16,612 nucleotides of DNA from a bacterium. Its GTDB lineage: Bacteria; Oederibacteriota; PGYV01; Palsa-1178. A program made the translations under genes and the position numbers. Positions within the stretch are counted from its first letter, which is position 1. Every line of letters begins with the position of its first letter. The stretch covers positions 1-16,612 of the forward strand of contig JBAXIL010000039.1 in the NCBI GenBank assembly GCA_037138355.1, given 5' to 3'. Of the stretch, positions 15,467 through 16,612 are shown piece by piece. Below the pieces are notes generated by a model. The model made no database searches. It was not told the origin of the DNA and saw only the letters and a list, made by a program, of their open reading frames with translations.

Positions 15467-16612
15467 TCATTTAACTACACCAACCTTTACTATTTTCATA
15501 TAATTGCCAGCACTGATTTTCACAAAATATATTCCTCTGGTAACATACATTCCATCATCTGCCCTACCATCCCACTTGGTAGGATATTTGACACTTGAGT
15601 TCATGGAAACATTTTGTAATGTTTTAACTCTTCTACCACTAATGTTAAATATATCAACATGAACTGCACTTGAAATTTCACTACATATATAATAGATTAT
15701 TGTAACATCTTCACCTTTGTCTGGATTAAAGAAGTTTTTATTAAGGTACATATCACTTGTGCATTCTACTTCAGCTGTCATTGTTGCTGTTGGGGTTGCA
15801 ATTTCTGTCACAGTTTCTGTGGCTGTTTCTGTAATAGTAGGAGTATCTGTTCCTCCAGGGAAAGGATTAAAATTCGTTGCAGTTGCTGTTATAGTGGCTG
15901 TGTCAGTTGTCGTTATAGTTTCAGTTACTGTGTTTGTTTCTATTACTGTATCTATTGCTGTAACTGTATTTGTGACAGTGTTTGTAACTGTATTTGTTAA
16001 TGTATCAGTCACAGTGCTTATGGTTGTATCCGTTACAGTTTCAGTAATTATGTTAGTAACTGTGTTAGTCACTGTGTCAGTTTCTGTATTAGTTACTGTG
16101 TCAGTTTCTGTATTAGTTACTGTGTCAGTCACTGTGTTAGTCACTGTGTCAGTTTCTGTATTAGTTACTGTATAAATATCTGTTACTGTATCTGTAATTG
16201 TGTTTGTAACTGTTTTAGTAACTGTGTCTGTTAATGTATCGGTCACAGTATCTGTTACAGTGTTGGTATCAATATTTGTCACTGTTACTGTGTAAGTATC
16301 TGTTATTGTATCCGTAACTGTGTTTGTAATCGTGTCGATCACTGTGTCAGTCACTGTAACTGTTACTGTATTTGTAACTGTTTCGGTATTCGTGTCCGTT
16401 ACAGTATTTGTTATTGTATCTATTACCGTGTCTGTTACTGTATCTGTCACTGTATCCGTTACTGTATTTGTTACGGTGTCTATAACTGTGTAAGTATCTG
16501 TTACTGTATCAGTCACTGTGCCAGTCACTGTATTTGTAACAGTATCTGTTACTGTGTCAGTCACTGTATTTGTAACAGTATCTGTTACTGTGTCAGTCAC
16601 TGTATTTGTAAC
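15467..16612 (-). CDS. Thr-rich surface/secreted protein with FlgD-Ig / T9SS-sorting-like C-terminal domain; 5' end truncated by the window edge
   Basis: The frame is open to position 16612. A long T-x-T-x tract is followed by NFFNP...IFNISGRRVKTL...WDGRADDG...GIYFVKI...KIVKVGVVK. Confidence 0.85.
   Translation of the reverse strand, partial: VTNTVTDTVTDTVTNTVTDTVTDTVTNTVTGTVTDTVTDTYTVIDTVTNTVTDTVTDTVTDTVIDTITNTVTDTNTETVTNTVTVTVTDTVIDTITNTVTDTITDTYTVTVTNIDTNTVTDTVTDTLTDTVTKTVTNTITDTVTDIYTVTNTETDTVTNTVTDTVTNTETDTVTNTETDTVTNTVTNIITETVTDTTISTVTDTLTNTVTNTVTNTVTAIDTVIETNTVTETITTTDTATITATATNFNPFPGGTDTPTITETATETVTEIATPTATMTAEVECTSDMYLNKNFFNPDKGEDVTIIYYICSEISSAVHVDIFNISGRRVKTLQNVSMNSSVKYPTKWDGRADDGMYVTRGIYFVKISAGNYMKIVKVGVVK
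15775..16612 (-). repeat. degenerate 12-nt coding tandem repeat (TVTD/TVTN tetrapeptides) with higher-order 24- and 36-nt perfect units
   Basis: The 36-nt unit CAGTCACTGTATTTGTAACAGTATCTGTTACTGTGT is repeated perfectly about 2.5 times at 16522-16612; the 24-nt unit TGTGTCAGTTTCTGTATTAGTTAC recurs around 16073-16168. Confidence 0.9.

Noticed and set aside
15717..16612. CRISPR array, or a separate Val-rich plus-strand gene, in the repeat region
   Set aside because: The repeats are contiguous, in-frame multiples of 12 nt with no unique spacers; the plus-strand ORF is the antisense of the Thr codons.

Overview
AT-rich bacterial chromosomal window, probably from an anaerobe with an outer membrane. 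It holds four minus-strand transcription units whose near-consensus sigma-70 promoters all carry the same palindrome (ATATCAC-N7-GTGATAT or ATACTAC variants) over the -10/+1 region. (i) rrf2-iscS/nifS-nadA-iscU/nifU-mnmA-DUF296. (ii) An unannotated ~155-nt non-coding RNA candidate (about 5069-5224) with a long stem, a 34-nt C-rich loop and its own intrinsic terminator. (iii) An Hcp-associated-type Fe-S/nitrosative-stress operon (4Fe-4S protein, DUF1858, DUF438-hemerythrin, PAS, cupin). (iv) A NusG-domain-II (EetA-like) gene followed by a Gx-transporter (EetB-like)-EcfT fusion that runs off the left edge and is absent from the ORF track. The main inference is a local Rrf2 (IscR-like) regulon that includes a C-rich, possibly iron/Fe-S-sparing sRNA. 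The rest of the window has two MORN-variant repeat proteins, an SH3-like lipoprotein, glycogen phosphorylase, and a Thr-rich protein with a T9SS-like C-terminal domain next to a PorV-family barrel with an FN3-like extension. No tRNA, rRNA, CRISPR array or mobile element was seen. All family assignments come from motif recognition by eye, not from database searches.
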